A stretch of 63,865 nucleotides of DNA, counting the filler, from an uncultured Thermoplasmatales archaeon (lineage in GTDB: Archaea; Thermoplasmatota; E2; DHVEG-1): the NCBI GenBank assembly GCA_964517155.1. It is 5 parts of 5 records of this genome, joined end to end, with 100 filler letters (N's around TTAATTAATTAA, not from the genome) between each part and the next. Parts side by side here need not be neighbours in the genome. Positions count along the whole stretch, not along the records: positions 29,697 to 56,295 come from CAZFAZ010000003.1; positions 56,396 to 60,884 come from CAZFAZ010000004.1; 3 more parts are not named here. One strand, 5' to 3'. Below, piece by piece: positions 49,362-59,653 of the stretch (positions within the stretch are counted from its first letter, which is position 1; every line of letters starts with the position of its first letter). The position numbers and the translations under genes were made by a program. The notes under the pieces are model-generated. The model was not told the origin of the DNA. It was given only the letters and a program-made list of their open reading frames with translations, and ran no database searches.

Positions 49362-49847
49362 ATGAAGGTTTGGCGCTATTTTGATAATGTAAATACTGAT
49401 CAATTGTTTCCTGGTAAATATACATATACATGCAGTACAGCTGATGAGATAAAACCTCATCTTTTAGAAGATATTGATTCTTCTTTTGCAAAGAATGTAA
49501 AATCTGGTGACATTCTAATTGGTGGTAAAAATTTTGGATGCGGCAGCAGTCGTGAGCAACCTGTAGTTGGTTTGAAAGCAGTAGGTATACAAGCAGTTAT
49601 AGCAGAGAGTTTTGCTCGTATTTTTTATCGCTCTGCAATTAACCAAGGATTAATCTTGATCGAGTGTCCCGATGCAGTGAAAGCCTATGCTGATGGTAAT
49701 AAGATGAAGCTCGATGTTGATAATGGAAAAATAGTTGTTGGTGATAAGGTTTTTACTTTTCCAAAACTACCAAAGGAGATTCTGGCAATTAGGGATGCAG
49801 GCGGTCTTTTAAATTATACTCGTGAGAAACTAAAAAATAAAAAATAA
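49362..49847 (+). CDS. 3-isopropylmalate dehydratase/homoaconitase small subunit
   Basis: VNTDQLFPGKY, NFGCGSSREQ and SFARIF motifs. Confidence 0.93.
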   Translation: MKVWRYFDNVNTDQLFPGKYTYTCSTADEIKPHLLEDIDSSFAKNVKSGDILIGGKNFGCGSSREQPVVGLKAVGIQAVIAESFARIFYRSAINQGLILIECPDAVKAYADGNKMKLDVDNGKIVVGDKVFTFPKLPKEILAIRDAGGLLNYTREKLKNKK

Positions 49848-50351
49848 TCATGGCTTGTATTCTATGTATTTTCCTTCTTTATGGTTTTTACTTAGTTTCT
49901 GATATATCTCTGCGTTTTTCCTTGTTGATTCTATAAATTTTTCATCTTGTTTGATTATTTTTCCAGGAATTCCAAGAACTAAGCTGTTTTCTGGTACTAT
50001 CATGCCCTCAGTTACTAGTGCATTTGCACCTATTATACTACCTCTACCAATTTTTGCACCGTTTAAAACAGTTGAATTTATACCTATTAAGCATTCGTCT
50101 TCTATTGTTGCACCGTGTATCATTGCACAATGACCAATTGATACATTTTTTCCAATTGTTACAGGGTTATATTCATCACAGTGAATTACACAGTTATCTT
50201 GAATGTTAGATCCATCGTCTATTTTTATTAAGTTTTGATCACCCCGTATTACTGCAGCAGGATATATTCCACAGTTTTTTCCTATTTTTACATTTCCTAT
50301 TATTACAGCTGTTTTATGTACAAATGTTGATTCGTGTATCTCGGGTTTCAT
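49848..50351 (-). CDS. Gamma carbonic anhydrase family protein
   Basis: IRGD, SNIQDNCVIH and IGHCAMIHG motifs. Confidence 0.93.
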   Translation of the reverse strand: MKPEIHESTFVHKTAVIIGNVKIGKNCGIYPAAVIRGDQNLIKIDDGSNIQDNCVIHCDEYNPVTIGKNVSIGHCAMIHGATIEDECLIGINSTVLNGAKIGRGSIIGANALVTEGMIVPENSLVLGIPGKIIKQDEKFIESTRKNAEIYQKLSKNHKEGKYIEYKP

Positions 50352-50548
50352 TTTTATTACATCCAGATTTTTGAAACAAGGTTTATTTTTTATAATTTAT
50401 GTTTATGTATTAAAAATATGATTTTTAAATCTTAATTTTTTTTTAAAATGTTAAATTATATTATTAATAAATAGAAAGATACAAATACAAGTTTAAGAAT
50501 ATTAATTACAGTTCTTTAGAGGGGAATAATGTTAGTGGAAGGTGAGAT

Positions 50549-53500
50549 ATGTTAGGATCTGTTAAATTTATTAAGAAAAAATTGTTGATTTGTGTACTTG
50601 TTTCTTTGCTAGTTTTAAATATTTTTTATGTTTCAAGTATTGCTGATTTTGAAGGCAGACCAGATCTTAAAATAGATAGTGTTAACTTTTCAAAAAATAT
50701 AGGCGAAGGAGAAAAGTTAGATTTTTCTGTAAAAATTAAAAATATTGTTAATTCTGAAACTGGCGAGTTTGCTAATATCTCGTCTGGAGAAACTATAGTT
50801 GTTGCATTAAATGTTGATGGTGTTTTGGTTGCTAGTAAAAGTTCAAATGCTGGTCTTAAAGTAGGTAATAGTATTTTTATAAATCTTAGCTGGACTGCTG
50901 TTTATGCTGGTGATGGGAAGCGTTCTTTTTCTATTGTGGTAAATCCAGGTAATACTATTTCTGAAAGCAACGTTAATAACAATTTTTGGGATGGTTTTAT
51001 TTATGTTTCTGAAAAAGAAACTGATTTTGAAATAGTTGATATACAAAAACCTGAAAATTTTGTTTATAATCAAAAGTCAAATATCCTTGTTACTGTTAAA
51101 AATAATGGTGCTAAAAGTACTAAACCAGTATCTGGTTTATTTAAGAGTAGCAAACAAGGAAATATTGAAAAAAACTGGTTTAATAAAACAGTTAAAAGAG
51201 ATGAAACTTTTGTCTTTTCTTTTAATTGGACTCCTAATACTTTGGGTTCGCAGTCTTATTCTATAACTATTACGTATAATGATAAATCTCATGATGTTTT
51301 TTCTGAATCAATTGTTGTTGCTCCAGGTTTGCTTGAATGGTGGAATGAAAATTGGCATTATAGGTATTTTTTATCTGTTGAAAAAACCGGTGTTTTTTCA
51401 AAGTTTTTTAATTTCACAGAGTTATTAGAAGATTTGGATTTATCTGGTTCTGTTTTTGAAAATAATACTCTTAGAGTAGTTAAATATTATAACAACGGTA
51501 CGGTTGATGAAGTTGTTGGTGACTTCTTTTTTAATGAATCTGAAAGTTTTGATCCTGTTTTTAATGCAACTGGTACTTTGTTTTGGGATGTGATAGGTTC
51601 TTCTGGTGTTAAGTTTTATTGCATTTATTTTGATGTAACAAACAATTCAGGTGTTAGAACAACTTTTGTTGAAAATGAAACTATTAGTGTTTCTGGTGGC
51701 GTAAAGATTGTTTATGAAGGCTATGTTCAAGGATGGGCTATAAATGTTTTGCAGCCTTTAAATGATGATTTTCTTAATGTTAACGGTACCCTTGATTTTA
51801 GGGTTAAAACAGATTCAAAAGCAGAAGCTGTGAAAGTTTTTTGTTATAATTTAGAAAACATTAGTCACAATTTTACATTTTATTTAAATGATATTGAAAA
51901 TAATACTATTTGGAATTATAGCAATGTTTCTTTTGATTTGCAAGGCAACTGGAGTCTTGAGTTTTATGCTTGGGATTGGGCAGGTTATAATGCTAGTGTT
52001 AAAACTGTTAGAATATATGTTGGTAAACCTGATCTTGAAGTAAAAAGTATTACTGCGCCTTCTAATGCTTATTTAAATGATGTTGTATCTGTTAAATCTA
52101 GTATTTATTGTTATAATTCAAATCTTTATAATGTAAGTGTTTTGTTTTCTGTTCTTGATAGTAACGATAAACTTGTTTATTCTAAATTAAGAAATATAGA
52201 TTTTTTGAAAAATAAATTTACAAATATTAGTTTTGAATACAAGGCAAATGTTTCTGGTAACTTTACGTTTAAGGTTTTTGTTGATTATAATAAAACAGTT
52301 GATGAGCTGAATGAGTCTAATAATTTTTTGACAAAAAAGATTAAAGTTTATAATTATCCTGATCTTGCGGTTTTAGATATTTATTGGACTGATGCAACAG
52401 TTATGGAGCGCAGTTTGCTTAGTTTTTCTGTAATTGTTGAAAACAAAGGTGTAGGGGATGCAGTTGATTATATTATGAAGCTTTATGTTGAACCTGAATC
52501 TGCTGGTGTTATGAAGTATGAAACTGTTAAGGATACAGTTTCTTTTAGTTTGAAATCTAAAGAAAATGATACTTTTTCTCTTGTTTGGGATAATTGTAAT
52601 GCTGGTAGATTTTTTGTTGGTGTTAAAATATTTGTAAACGATACAAAAAAAGATGCAGATATCACTAACAACCGCTTGCTTTCAGACAAAGTCTTTGTTG
52701 TTTCAGCTTATGAGCGTGTTAAACCTTTGATAAAGGATGTTTTGGTCACTCCATTTAATCAAGAAACATCAGGTGTTGTTGAGATTTCTGCTTATGTTAG
52801 TGATGATTCTGGTCTTTCTCTTGTGGAAATTAAAATTAAGAATCCTAATGGCAGTATTGTTGTTTCTGATTCCATGTTTAGAACGAGTCTTTATCGTTTT
52901 AGATATGTTTTTGCAGAAACCCAGGATATTGGTCGATATAATTTTGAGATAATTGCAAAGGATGCATCTCCTATTAAAAATAATAATTCATATTTTGGGT
53001 TTTTTGAAATTATCTCAGATATTACTCCTCCTTTTATAGAGTATGTTGGTGCTGAACCTTTTGTTCAACTCGTGGATGAAGAACTTAGTATTGTTTGTAT
53101 AGCATATGATAATGATGCTATTGCTAGTGTTCAGGTGGTTATTTATCCTTATGAAGGCATTGGTTATGAGCAGGATTTGGTAAAAGTTTCAAGCAAAAAG
53201 TATGTATATAAAGATGTATATAATGAAACCGGGTGTTATAGCTATTACTTAAGAGTAATTGATGAATCTGACAACATAGTAATTTCTGATACAAAGAAAT
53301 TTTGTATAACCCATGATTTAAATGATTCAGATTCAGATGGAATTCCGGACTGGTGGGAGAAAAGATACGGTTTTGATCCATATGATGCATCTGATGCAGA
53401 TAAAGATTTTGACAACGATGGTCTTTCAAATATAATTGAATATCAAGCAGGAGCCAATCCGATTAAAGAAGTTCCAATGCAAAACATCTCATATAGAATC

Positions 53501-53587
53501 AGAAGCAATATAGGATATATCATTATTTCTTTCATATGTTTATTTGTAATATTTTTAATTGTATATTTTGGTAGAAAAAGGAAGTGA
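50549..53587 (+). CDS. CARDB-repeat cell-surface protein with C-terminal Ca-binding-like repeat and TM anchor
   Basis: Signal peptide, PDL...E.NE.NN repeats, DSDSDGIPDWWE...DFDNDGLSN, and a TM helix with a basic tail. Confidence 0.85.
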   Translation: MLGSVKFIKKKLLICVLVSLLVLNIFYVSSIADFEGRPDLKIDSVNFSKNIGEGEKLDFSVKIKNIVNSETGEFANISSGETIVVALNVDGVLVASKSSNAGLKVGNSIFINLSWTAVYAGDGKRSFSIVVNPGNTISESNVNNNFWDGFIYVSEKETDFEIVDIQKPENFVYNQKSNILVTVKNNGAKSTKPVSGLFKSSKQGNIEKNWFNKTVKRDETFVFSFNWTPNTLGSQSYSITITYNDKSHDVFSESIVVAPGLLEWWNENWHYRYFLSVEKTGVFSKFFNFTELLEDLDLSGSVFENNTLRVVKYYNNGTVDEVVGDFFFNESESFDPVFNATGTLFWDVIGSSGVKFYCIYFDVTNNSGVRTTFVENETISVSGGVKIVYEGYVQGWAINVLQPLNDDFLNVNGTLDFRVKTDSKAEAVKVFCYNLENISHNFTFYLNDIENNTIWNYSNVSFDLQGNWSLEFYAWDWAGYNASVKTVRIYVGKPDLEVKSITAPSNAYLNDVVSVKSSIYCYNSNLYNVSVLFSVLDSNDKLVYSKLRNIDFLKNKFTNISFEYKANVSGNFTFKVFVDYNKTVDELNESNNFLTKKIKVYNYPDLAVLDIYWTDATVMERSLLSFSVIVENKGVGDAVDYIMKLYVEPESAGVMKYETVKDTVSFSLKSKENDTFSLVWDNCNAGRFFVGVKIFVNDTKKDADITNNRLLSDKVFVVSAYERVKPLIKDVLVTPFNQETSGVVEISAYVSDDSGLSLVEIKIKNPNGSIVVSDSMFRTSLYRFRYVFAETQDIGRYNFEIIAKDASPIKNNNSYFGFFEIISDITPPFIEYVGAEPFVQLVDEELSIVCIAYDNDAIASVQVVIYPYEGIGYEQDLVKVSSKKYVYKDVYNETGCYSYYLRVIDESDNIVISDTKKFCITHDLNDSDSDGIPDWWEKRYGFDPYDASDADKDFDNDGLSNIIEYQAGANPIKEVPMQNISYRIRSNIGYIIISFICLFVIFLIVYFGRKRK

Positions 53588-54126
53588 TTAAAAAAATGAA
53601 TTATATAAAAACAAATGGTCCTTTGATATTATTGGGTGTACTTTCATTTTGGGTTTTTTTATTTACTTTGTATGACATATTTTTTGATAAAGGCTGGAGA
53701 ACAGTTCTTCTAATTTTATACGGACTTATAATAATGCTTGCCTTGTTTTTAATTTTTATAAAAATGAATAATACAAAAAAACTTTATGGGAGTATAGAAG
53801 AATTTGAAAAAACCCTCAAAGGCGGTCTTTATCATTTTAAATGCCCCTCCTGCAAAGGTATTTTTGCGATTAAAAAAACAAAAGGTAACGATAAAAAACC
53901 TGTTAAAATGACATGTCCAGACTGTGGTATGATAGGTGTGATACCTTCATATCCTATATGTATAGATGAAGAAATACCTGAAAAAAAATCATTAAAAGCA
54001 AGTTTTAAATGCTTAACTTGCGGAGAAGGAATAACAGTATGGGCTGAAGGAACTGATTTATATGGTGGAATGCAAGTGTATTCTTGTCCTTTTTGCGGTG
54101 TAAAAAAACCATTGAAAAAGTTTTAA
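53584..54126 (+). CDS. Membrane-anchored protein with four CxxC motifs (double Zn ribbon)
   Basis: Two N-terminal TMs, then CPSC, CPDC, CLTC and CPFC. Confidence 0.75.
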   Translation: MIKKMNYIKTNGPLILLGVLSFWVFLFTLYDIFFDKGWRTVLLILYGLIIMLALFLIFIKMNNTKKLYGSIEEFEKTLKGGLYHFKCPSCKGIFAIKKTKGNDKKPVKMTCPDCGMIGVIPSYPICIDEEIPEKKSLKASFKCLTCGEGITVWAEGTDLYGGMQVYSCPFCGVKKPLKKF

Positions 54127-55829
54127 AGGATATGACGTATTTTTACGGCTTCGCCAAAACTATTTTTTTTCATATCTGAGCCATTCATAACTGCAGCACC
54201 AATTCCAACGAGGCTTTTTTTTCTAAAAATTAAGACTTCATCGCCAATTCTAATATTTTCATCTGCGTTTAAAACACCTGGTGCAAGAATAGAGCCTTTT
54301 GGTTTGAAATCATCTGCTATTTCAACGTTATAGCAGTCAAATGATTTTATTTTCTTTGCACCTTCATGTGTCAGTGAAATAAAGCCTCTATCGCCTGTAA
54401 GCATACCAATTTGTTTGCCATCTTGAGTTATTTTTAGATTTGGATACTTGCCAAAAATCTTTGTGTTTTCTAAAAGCGTCTTAGCACTTTTTTTACCAAA
54501 CTGATAGCATGCAAGTGATTCAATGTTTTGTTTTATTCTCTGGTTTCTGTCTATTTTTTTAAAGTCGAGCATGCTTTCCTGCAGAGTATTTTTAAGTTTT
54601 TCAAGTGATTCATCAGAAGTAGGACGATCGATACAAGTAAAGACTGCTTTTTTAAAGTCATCTTTTATAAAACTTGTAATTTCATCTGGAAGATGAATGA
54701 TTATTTTTTCATATTTATTTTTAGCAAGATAATCTTTCAAAAGAGTTTTTATCATTTTTTTCTCATCTTCATCCCAAACTCCTGTTACTGGTATATCATA
54801 GTTTGCAGCAGGATAAACAAGTTCAAGTTCACGAGGGACAAGACCCAATGGTGATGTAATAATTACTTCGTGAATTATGTCAGGATTACTTGTTTCAAGT
54901 ATTGCTCTTCTCAAAAATTTATGAGTCTTTGAAAAAGAATAAGGTTTTTTAGCAGAGCAAGGCAGTAGAAGCAGTATTTTGGTTGTATCTGGTTTATTAT
55001 AACGGTTTATTACTCTTTCTTGAAATCTTCTGATTTCAGAGCGATTAAATGATTCTTTGCATATTGCAAAAATAGTTTTATTGCTTACCACAGGTGTTTG
55101 TTCTTCAAGAAAATCATAATAATTTATATCCAGGTTTCTAAGAATAGTTATATACAAGGGATTTGTTTGAACTTTTTTTTCAACATAATTTCTGAGATTT
55201 CCTGTTTTAATCATATTTCTTACTTGCTTAAGTTCATTAAAAAGCATATAATAATTATGATTTAGTATTTCTTCAAATGATAATTCTAAAGCTTTTTTGT
55301 TTACAGAATTACATATTGGGCAGTTACAAGGTAGCTCAGTTAAATCTTCTGTTTTATATTGCCCATCAGAAAAAAACATAGTTTTGTTTCTTGCAGCAAT
55401 AATTGTACTTGTAGTATCAAAAAAATCAATACCCATATAACATAAAAGTGCAAGGTTTGAAGGAACTGCGATTGCAGGTGTGTAAATTATTTTTTCAGAA
55501 CCGTATTTTTTCTTTAAGTTTATTATTAAATCTACAAAATTTTTAGATTTTTCAAAAAGCTGACTTGCATATTTTACAATTACAATTCCTGTTTCTTCAT
55601 CTAAGTGATAAAAATGTTGTTCATCTAGTTTTAAAGGTATTTGTGGAAAATTTAAAACTACTTTATCTGTTTTAATTTTATTATTTGAAAGTATTACATC
55701 TGCTTTGTCAAATGCTTTGAAGCGGTTTGTATTTATTGATAAAATAGTTGGTGTTTCAACTCTTTTATCATCTAATAGTATTTCTCCGATTCTTGCAAGT
55801 TCATCTCTTTTTTTTATGTTAAATTGCAT
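54123..55829 (-). CDS. arcS: Archaeosine synthase subunit alpha
   Basis: TGT-like N-terminus, LLLPCSAKKPYS.SKTH, TSPLGLVPRELE and a C-terminal PUA domain. Confidence 0.92.
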   Translation of the reverse strand: MQFNIKKRDELARIGEILLDDKRVETPTILSINTNRFKAFDKADVILSNNKIKTDKVVLNFPQIPLKLDEQHFYHLDEETGIVIVKYASQLFEKSKNFVDLIINLKKKYGSEKIIYTPAIAVPSNLALLCYMGIDFFDTTSTIIAARNKTMFFSDGQYKTEDLTELPCNCPICNSVNKKALELSFEEILNHNYYMLFNELKQVRNMIKTGNLRNYVEKKVQTNPLYITILRNLDINYYDFLEEQTPVVSNKTIFAICKESFNRSEIRRFQERVINRYNKPDTTKILLLLPCSAKKPYSFSKTHKFLRRAILETSNPDIIHEVIITSPLGLVPRELELVYPAANYDIPVTGVWDEDEKKMIKTLLKDYLAKNKYEKIIIHLPDEITSFIKDDFKKAVFTCIDRPTSDESLEKLKNTLQESMLDFKKIDRNQRIKQNIESLACYQFGKKSAKTLLENTKIFGKYPNLKITQDGKQIGMLTGDRGFISLTHEGAKKIKSFDCYNVEIADDFKPKGSILAPGVLNADENIRIGDEVLIFRKKSLVGIGAAVMNGSDMKKNSFGEAVKIRHIL

Positions 55830-55915
55830 TGTTGGGTGGATATATGCTTCTATTTAAAGAATATTTAGGATGATTTAGTTTATAGTAAAAATGAATGATA
55901 AATGTTAAAAATTAG

Positions 55916-55936
55916 TGCAGGGGGAAGGGATTTGAA
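55916..55936 (-). other. tRNA 3'-end fragment (Leu-like), candidate att site
   Basis: TTCAAATCCCTTCCCCCTGCA reads as T-loop, T-stem, acceptor strand and discriminator. No 5' half upstream; one more C than canonical. Confidence 0.55.
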
Positions 55937-56015
55937 AGCAGTTTTACAGGCAAAATATTAAGGTTTTTTCCTAATAATAAACTTAAGAAAAAAATTATTA
56001 ACATTTATAAAAATT

Positions 56016-56150
56016 CTAGTGCCTAGCAAGTGCACTAAGTGTTTTTCTATGTCCATTTGCAATTTTTATGATTTCTCGAAATTCTTCATCTGCAATTTTT
56101 TTCTTTGTTTTTTCTGAAATTTTATCTTCTAAACTCTTTGATTTTGCCAT
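56016..56150 (-). CDS. 44-aa putative antitoxin partner of Doc
   Basis: Not in the ORF track. MAKSKSLEDKISEKTKKKIADEEFREIIKIANGHRKTLSALARH; overlaps the upstream gene by 29 nt. Confidence 0.5.
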   Translation of the reverse strand: MAKSKSLEDKISEKTKKKIADEEFREIIKIANGHRKTLSALARH

Positions 56151-56295
56151 TTTTAATCCACTCTTTTATATCATTTAATGTGTAATAGTTTTCTCTAATG
56201 CCAATCATTACTTTTACATTATTTGTTGAATCCGGTATATTAAATTTCCCTTCATTTTTAATTACAAACTTTTTTGTCGTTAGAAAAGCAGTTCT
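56122..56295 (-). CDS. Fic/Doc family toxin, C-terminal fragment at contig edge
   Basis: Manual translation RTAFLTTKKFVIKNEG...IKEWIKNGKIKEFRR; RTAF fits the end of the Doc GNxRTA motif. Confidence 0.6.
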   Translation of the reverse strand, partial: RTAFLTTKKFVIKNEGKFNIPDSTNNVKVMIGIRENYYTLNDIKEWIKNGKIKEFRR

Positions 56296-56395
56296 NNNNN
56301 NNNNNNNNNNNNNNNNNNNNNNNNNNNNNNNNNNNNNNNTTAATTAATTAANNNNNNNNNNNNNNNNNNNNNNNNNNNNNNNNNNNNNNNNNNNN
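56296..56395. other. Artificial contig linker
   Basis: N44-TTAATTAATTAA-N44. Confidence 0.99.
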
Positions 56396-56694
56396 GAATC
56401 TTCTCTAGGTGGCCCTGATTCAAAATCAGGAGATGCCATAGGAATAAGCTCTGCAGCAGTAGTCATTACACCTGAATCTGGTGAATCAGGATAAGGATCT
56501 CCAAGATCCATTTTTATTCCTGCTATAACCTGGGTATTTCCAATTGTTACTTTTGCAGATCCTTCGGCTTTTTTAATGATGCCTGTTTCGATTTTTATAG
56601 TTCTAAATTCATCAAATTTTCTGTTATCAACTCTTTTACCATTTTTAGCAAGTTTAACAATATACTCTTTTTTTATTTCAGCAGTAATTGGCAT
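56396..56694 (-). CDS. rrp42: Exosome subunit Rrp42, 3'-partial
   Basis: RVDNRKFDEFR, AEGSA and FESGPP motifs; follows rrp41. Confidence 0.93.
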
Positions 56695-56697
56695 TTT

Positions 56698-57420
56698 CTA
56701 ACCCTCCATGTTTTTTTGATATTTTTCAAGAATTGCTTTTTTTTGCAGCTCTGAAATAATTTTACAACCTTTAATTGCAAGATCAAGTGCTTTATCAAAC
56801 TCATTTTGCGTTAAATGCCCATCCATCTGAAGCAGTAGTATTTCACCAGTGCGCGGAGATATTGCAACTGGTAAATCAGCTTGCCCGAAATTATCTTCTT
56901 CTTTACCAAGGTCAAGTACTACTTGCCCATCTATTTTACCTGCAGCACAGGCAACAGGTATATCTTTCATGGGTATTCCTGCATCAACAAGTGCTACTGC
57001 TGCAGCGGTAAGTCCTGCGCAACGAGTACCAGCTTCAGCATCAAGAACCTCTATGTTTACATCAATTGATGCTCTTGGGAATTTTTCAAGTAATATTATA
57101 TTTTCAAGAGCTTCAGAGATAACCTTTGAAATTTCGCGACTACGGCGATCAGGGCCGGGTCTTTTTCTGTCATCCACACTAAAAGCTGCCATGTTATACC
57201 TAGCATTTACTATTGCTCGTAAAGGATTCTGAGTATGACGCGGGACTGCTTCACGCGGGCCGTATACTGCAACAAGAACCTTGTTGCCACCCCATTCTAA
57301 ATAACAAGAGCCTTCTGCTCTATGAAGCACTCCGGCTTCTATTTTTATAGGTCTTAATTCATCGTTTTTACGGCCGTCTAATCTCTTGCCGTTTTTAATT
57401 AACTCCATATTTGATTTCAT
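56698..57420 (-). CDS. rrp41: Exosome subunit Rrp41
   Basis: [24 protein letters not shown] and AGTR motifs. Confidence 0.97.
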   Translation of the reverse strand: MKSNMELIKNGKRLDGRKNDELRPIKIEAGVLHRAEGSCYLEWGGNKVLVAVYGPREAVPRHTQNPLRAIVNARYNMAAFSVDDRKRPGPDRRSREISKVISEALENIILLEKFPRASIDVNIEVLDAEAGTRCAGLTAAAVALVDAGIPMKDIPVACAAGKIDGQVVLDLGKEEDNFGQADLPVAISPRTGEILLLQMDGHLTQNEFDKALDLAIKGCKIISELQKKAILEKYQKNMEG

Positions 57421-57422
57421 TT

Positions 57423-58103
57423 TTAATGCACTTCCTTTGAATCTTTTTTTAATAAATCTTCTATTTTATTTGTTAAGCCATATGATAATGATTCTTTTTG
57501 TATTAACTCAATTATTTCTATTGCTTTTTGAACGTCTTGTCCTTCACCGTCAATCCATATTCTACCGTTTTGCCCAACAAACATACGACAACGCGTATAT
57601 TTTTTTATAAGAGAAATCATAGATGCTTGTTTACCAATAATTCTTGGAATTTTTGAAGGTTCGACGTTTAGCAGGTTACCACCTTTTACTTTGTAAAGAT
57701 TTCTGTCCTTTAGCGTTATCTGTAATTTTTTTTCTTGATCTACCTGCAAAACCTTTGCCATTACCGTATCACCAGCGTTTAGATATCGATCTGTTTCTCC
57801 AAATTCTACATCCCATGGAACTTCATTTACATGTAAAAGTGCGGGATAAGCAGCATTGATATCTACAAGCCAACTAGATGCCATCGGCTCAATTACTATC
57901 CCTATTACAAAATCTCCTTGAATTGGATCATATCTACCTCTAAGCGGTACAACGTTTATATAATCTGAATTAGCATTTACTACACCTAGGACTTCAGCAT
58001 ATATTTTTCCTTTTTCTACGAATGTGCCCTGCCCTGCTTTTTTGGTTTGTATATCGCCTAAAAGCTGGCTTGGAATAACGATTTCACGTGTTTCTTTGTT
58101 CAT
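57423..58103 (-). CDS. rrp4: Exosome RNA-binding subunit Rrp4
   Basis: S1 plus KH domains: [10 protein letters not shown] and GQNGRIW. Confidence 0.95.
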   Translation of the reverse strand: MNKETREIVIPSQLLGDIQTKKAGQGTFVEKGKIYAEVLGVVNANSDYINVVPLRGRYDPIQGDFVIGIVIEPMASSWLVDINAAYPALLHVNEVPWDVEFGETDRYLNAGDTVMAKVLQVDQEKKLQITLKDRNLYKVKGGNLLNVEPSKIPRIIGKQASMISLIKKYTRCRMFVGQNGRIWIDGEGQDVQKAIEIIELIQKESLSYGLTNKIEDLLKKDSKEVH

Positions 58104-58127
58104 AAAAACCCTTAACCCTTATAGGAA

Positions 58128-58823
58128 TTACTTTAAAATCTTTGTGGATACATTTCCTTTAGTTAAATCATTAAGTTTTTCATAAAATTCTGTTTGAATG
58201 CCTGCAGCAATTTTTACAATTCCAACCCATGAACCATCAGATTGCCATTCTTCACGTTCAAGTGCTCCAAAATTACGAGCTTCTCCATATGCACGACCGA
58301 TAAATTCAGCAGGTATCTTGACCGAAATACGAATATGCTCCATTGAAAGCGGAATTATTGGTCTTAATGCTTCAACAATTATTTTAACTTGCTCACGTAC
58401 TGGTTTAAATGGATCAATATGAATGCCTGCCTGCTCCATAGCAAGCTCTATTCTTTGTCTTGGATGCGGAGCTTTGGTTTTAGGATCCATTGCGTTTTTT
58501 GCAATAGTTTCAATAATGCGATTTTTCTTATTTCTCTGCATTTTACTGCGCTGTTCAGTTGTAAGCTGTATATCACCTTTTTTAATGATTTTAGTTGCAA
58601 TTTCTGCTATATTATTTGTTCCAAAAACAGTTTGAAGAGACTCGCTAGATGCATGAGTCCCTTTTTTTGAATCATTAAAAACTGTATCTATAGCAAGAAT
58701 ATGAAGGATGTCAATTTCCTTTCCATCCAACAAATCTGCTGCAAGATACGGATCTACTAATATTTCGAAACGATCTTCTCCTTTTTTTAAACGAGCGATT
58801 ACTGCATCATCTAAACTAACCAA
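58128..58823 (-). CDS. Ribosome maturation factor SBDS/Sdo1
   Basis: FEILVDP, QLTTEQR and PHPRQRIE motifs. Confidence 0.96.
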   Translation of the reverse strand: MVSLDDAVIARLKKGEDRFEILVDPYLAADLLDGKEIDILHILAIDTVFNDSKKGTHASSESLQTVFGTNNIAEIATKIIKKGDIQLTTEQRSKMQRNKKNRIIETIAKNAMDPKTKAPHPRQRIELAMEQAGIHIDPFKPVREQVKIIVEALRPIIPLSMEHIRISVKIPAEFIGRAYGEARNFGALEREEWQSDGSWVGIVKIAAGIQTEFYEKLNDLTKGNVSTKILK

Positions 58824-58825
58824 TT

Positions 58826-59548
58826 CTAACTTCCTCCAAGAGCTTTTGAAACATACTCTTTGGTTTCCTCAGGTGTTAAAATATGGAATTTAATATCTTT
58901 GTCAACAACACCGATTTCAGTTGCATCTGGATTTAATTTACCTTCAGTACCTTTATGAATAGCTTTAATTGCCATTTCAATTGCTTGATCCATATTCATA
59001 TCTTCTCTGTAGTTACTTTCGAAAAAAGTCATGGCGCCGTTACGCCCTGAGCCTTCGCTGCTAGCTTTATATTCCATTAATGCTCCTGAGGGATCAGTCG
59101 AAAAAAGCCTGGGTCCGGATTCATCGACACCTGCAATTAACAAGGCTGTGCCAAAGGGTCTTACCCCACCGTATTGTGTGTATGTTTGTTTGAAATCACA
59201 GATTCTTTTTACAAGTGTTTTAACCTGGATTTTTTCGCTGTAGGTTATGTCGTTTATCTGAGCATCAAGTCTTGCTCTATCAATTAATGCTCTTGCATCT
59301 GCAACAAGCCCTGATGTTGCACAACCTACGTGATCATCGATTTCAAATATTTTTTCAATTGAACCGGGTTCAACCAGACGTGATGTAACGCGTTTGTCGA
59401 CAATTAAAACTACGCCAGTTTTATATTTTACGCCAACTGTGGTTGTTCCTCTTTTAACTGCTTCACGAGCATATTCTACCTGAAACAATCTCCCATCTGG
59501 AGAAAAAACAGTTATTGCTCTATCATATGCCATATTTGCTGGTTGCAT
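58826..59548 (-). CDS. psmA: Proteasome subunit alpha
   Basis: YDRAITVFSPDGRLFQVEYA signature. Confidence 0.98.
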   Translation of the reverse strand: MQPANMAYDRAITVFSPDGRLFQVEYAREAVKRGTTTVGVKYKTGVVLIVDKRVTSRLVEPGSIEKIFEIDDHVGCATSGLVADARALIDRARLDAQINDITYSEKIQVKTLVKRICDFKQTYTQYGGVRPFGTALLIAGVDESGPRLFSTDPSGALMEYKASSEGSGRNGAMTFFESNYREDMNMDQAIEMAIKAIHKGTEGKLNPDATEIGVVDKDIKFHILTPEETKEYVSKALGGS

Positions 59549-59653
59549 TTCTATCTTTCACCTCACTATAATTAAATAAATTTTTACAATCAATTATTAC
59601 AATTTTTTACTCAGAATACACTTATTGTGTATATACTTTGTGTTGATTTTTTG

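Noticed and set aside
55913..55990. Complete tRNA gene
   Set aside because: The sequence 5' of the T-loop cannot form a T-stem partner, anticodon arm or acceptor 5' strand; only a 3' fragment is present.
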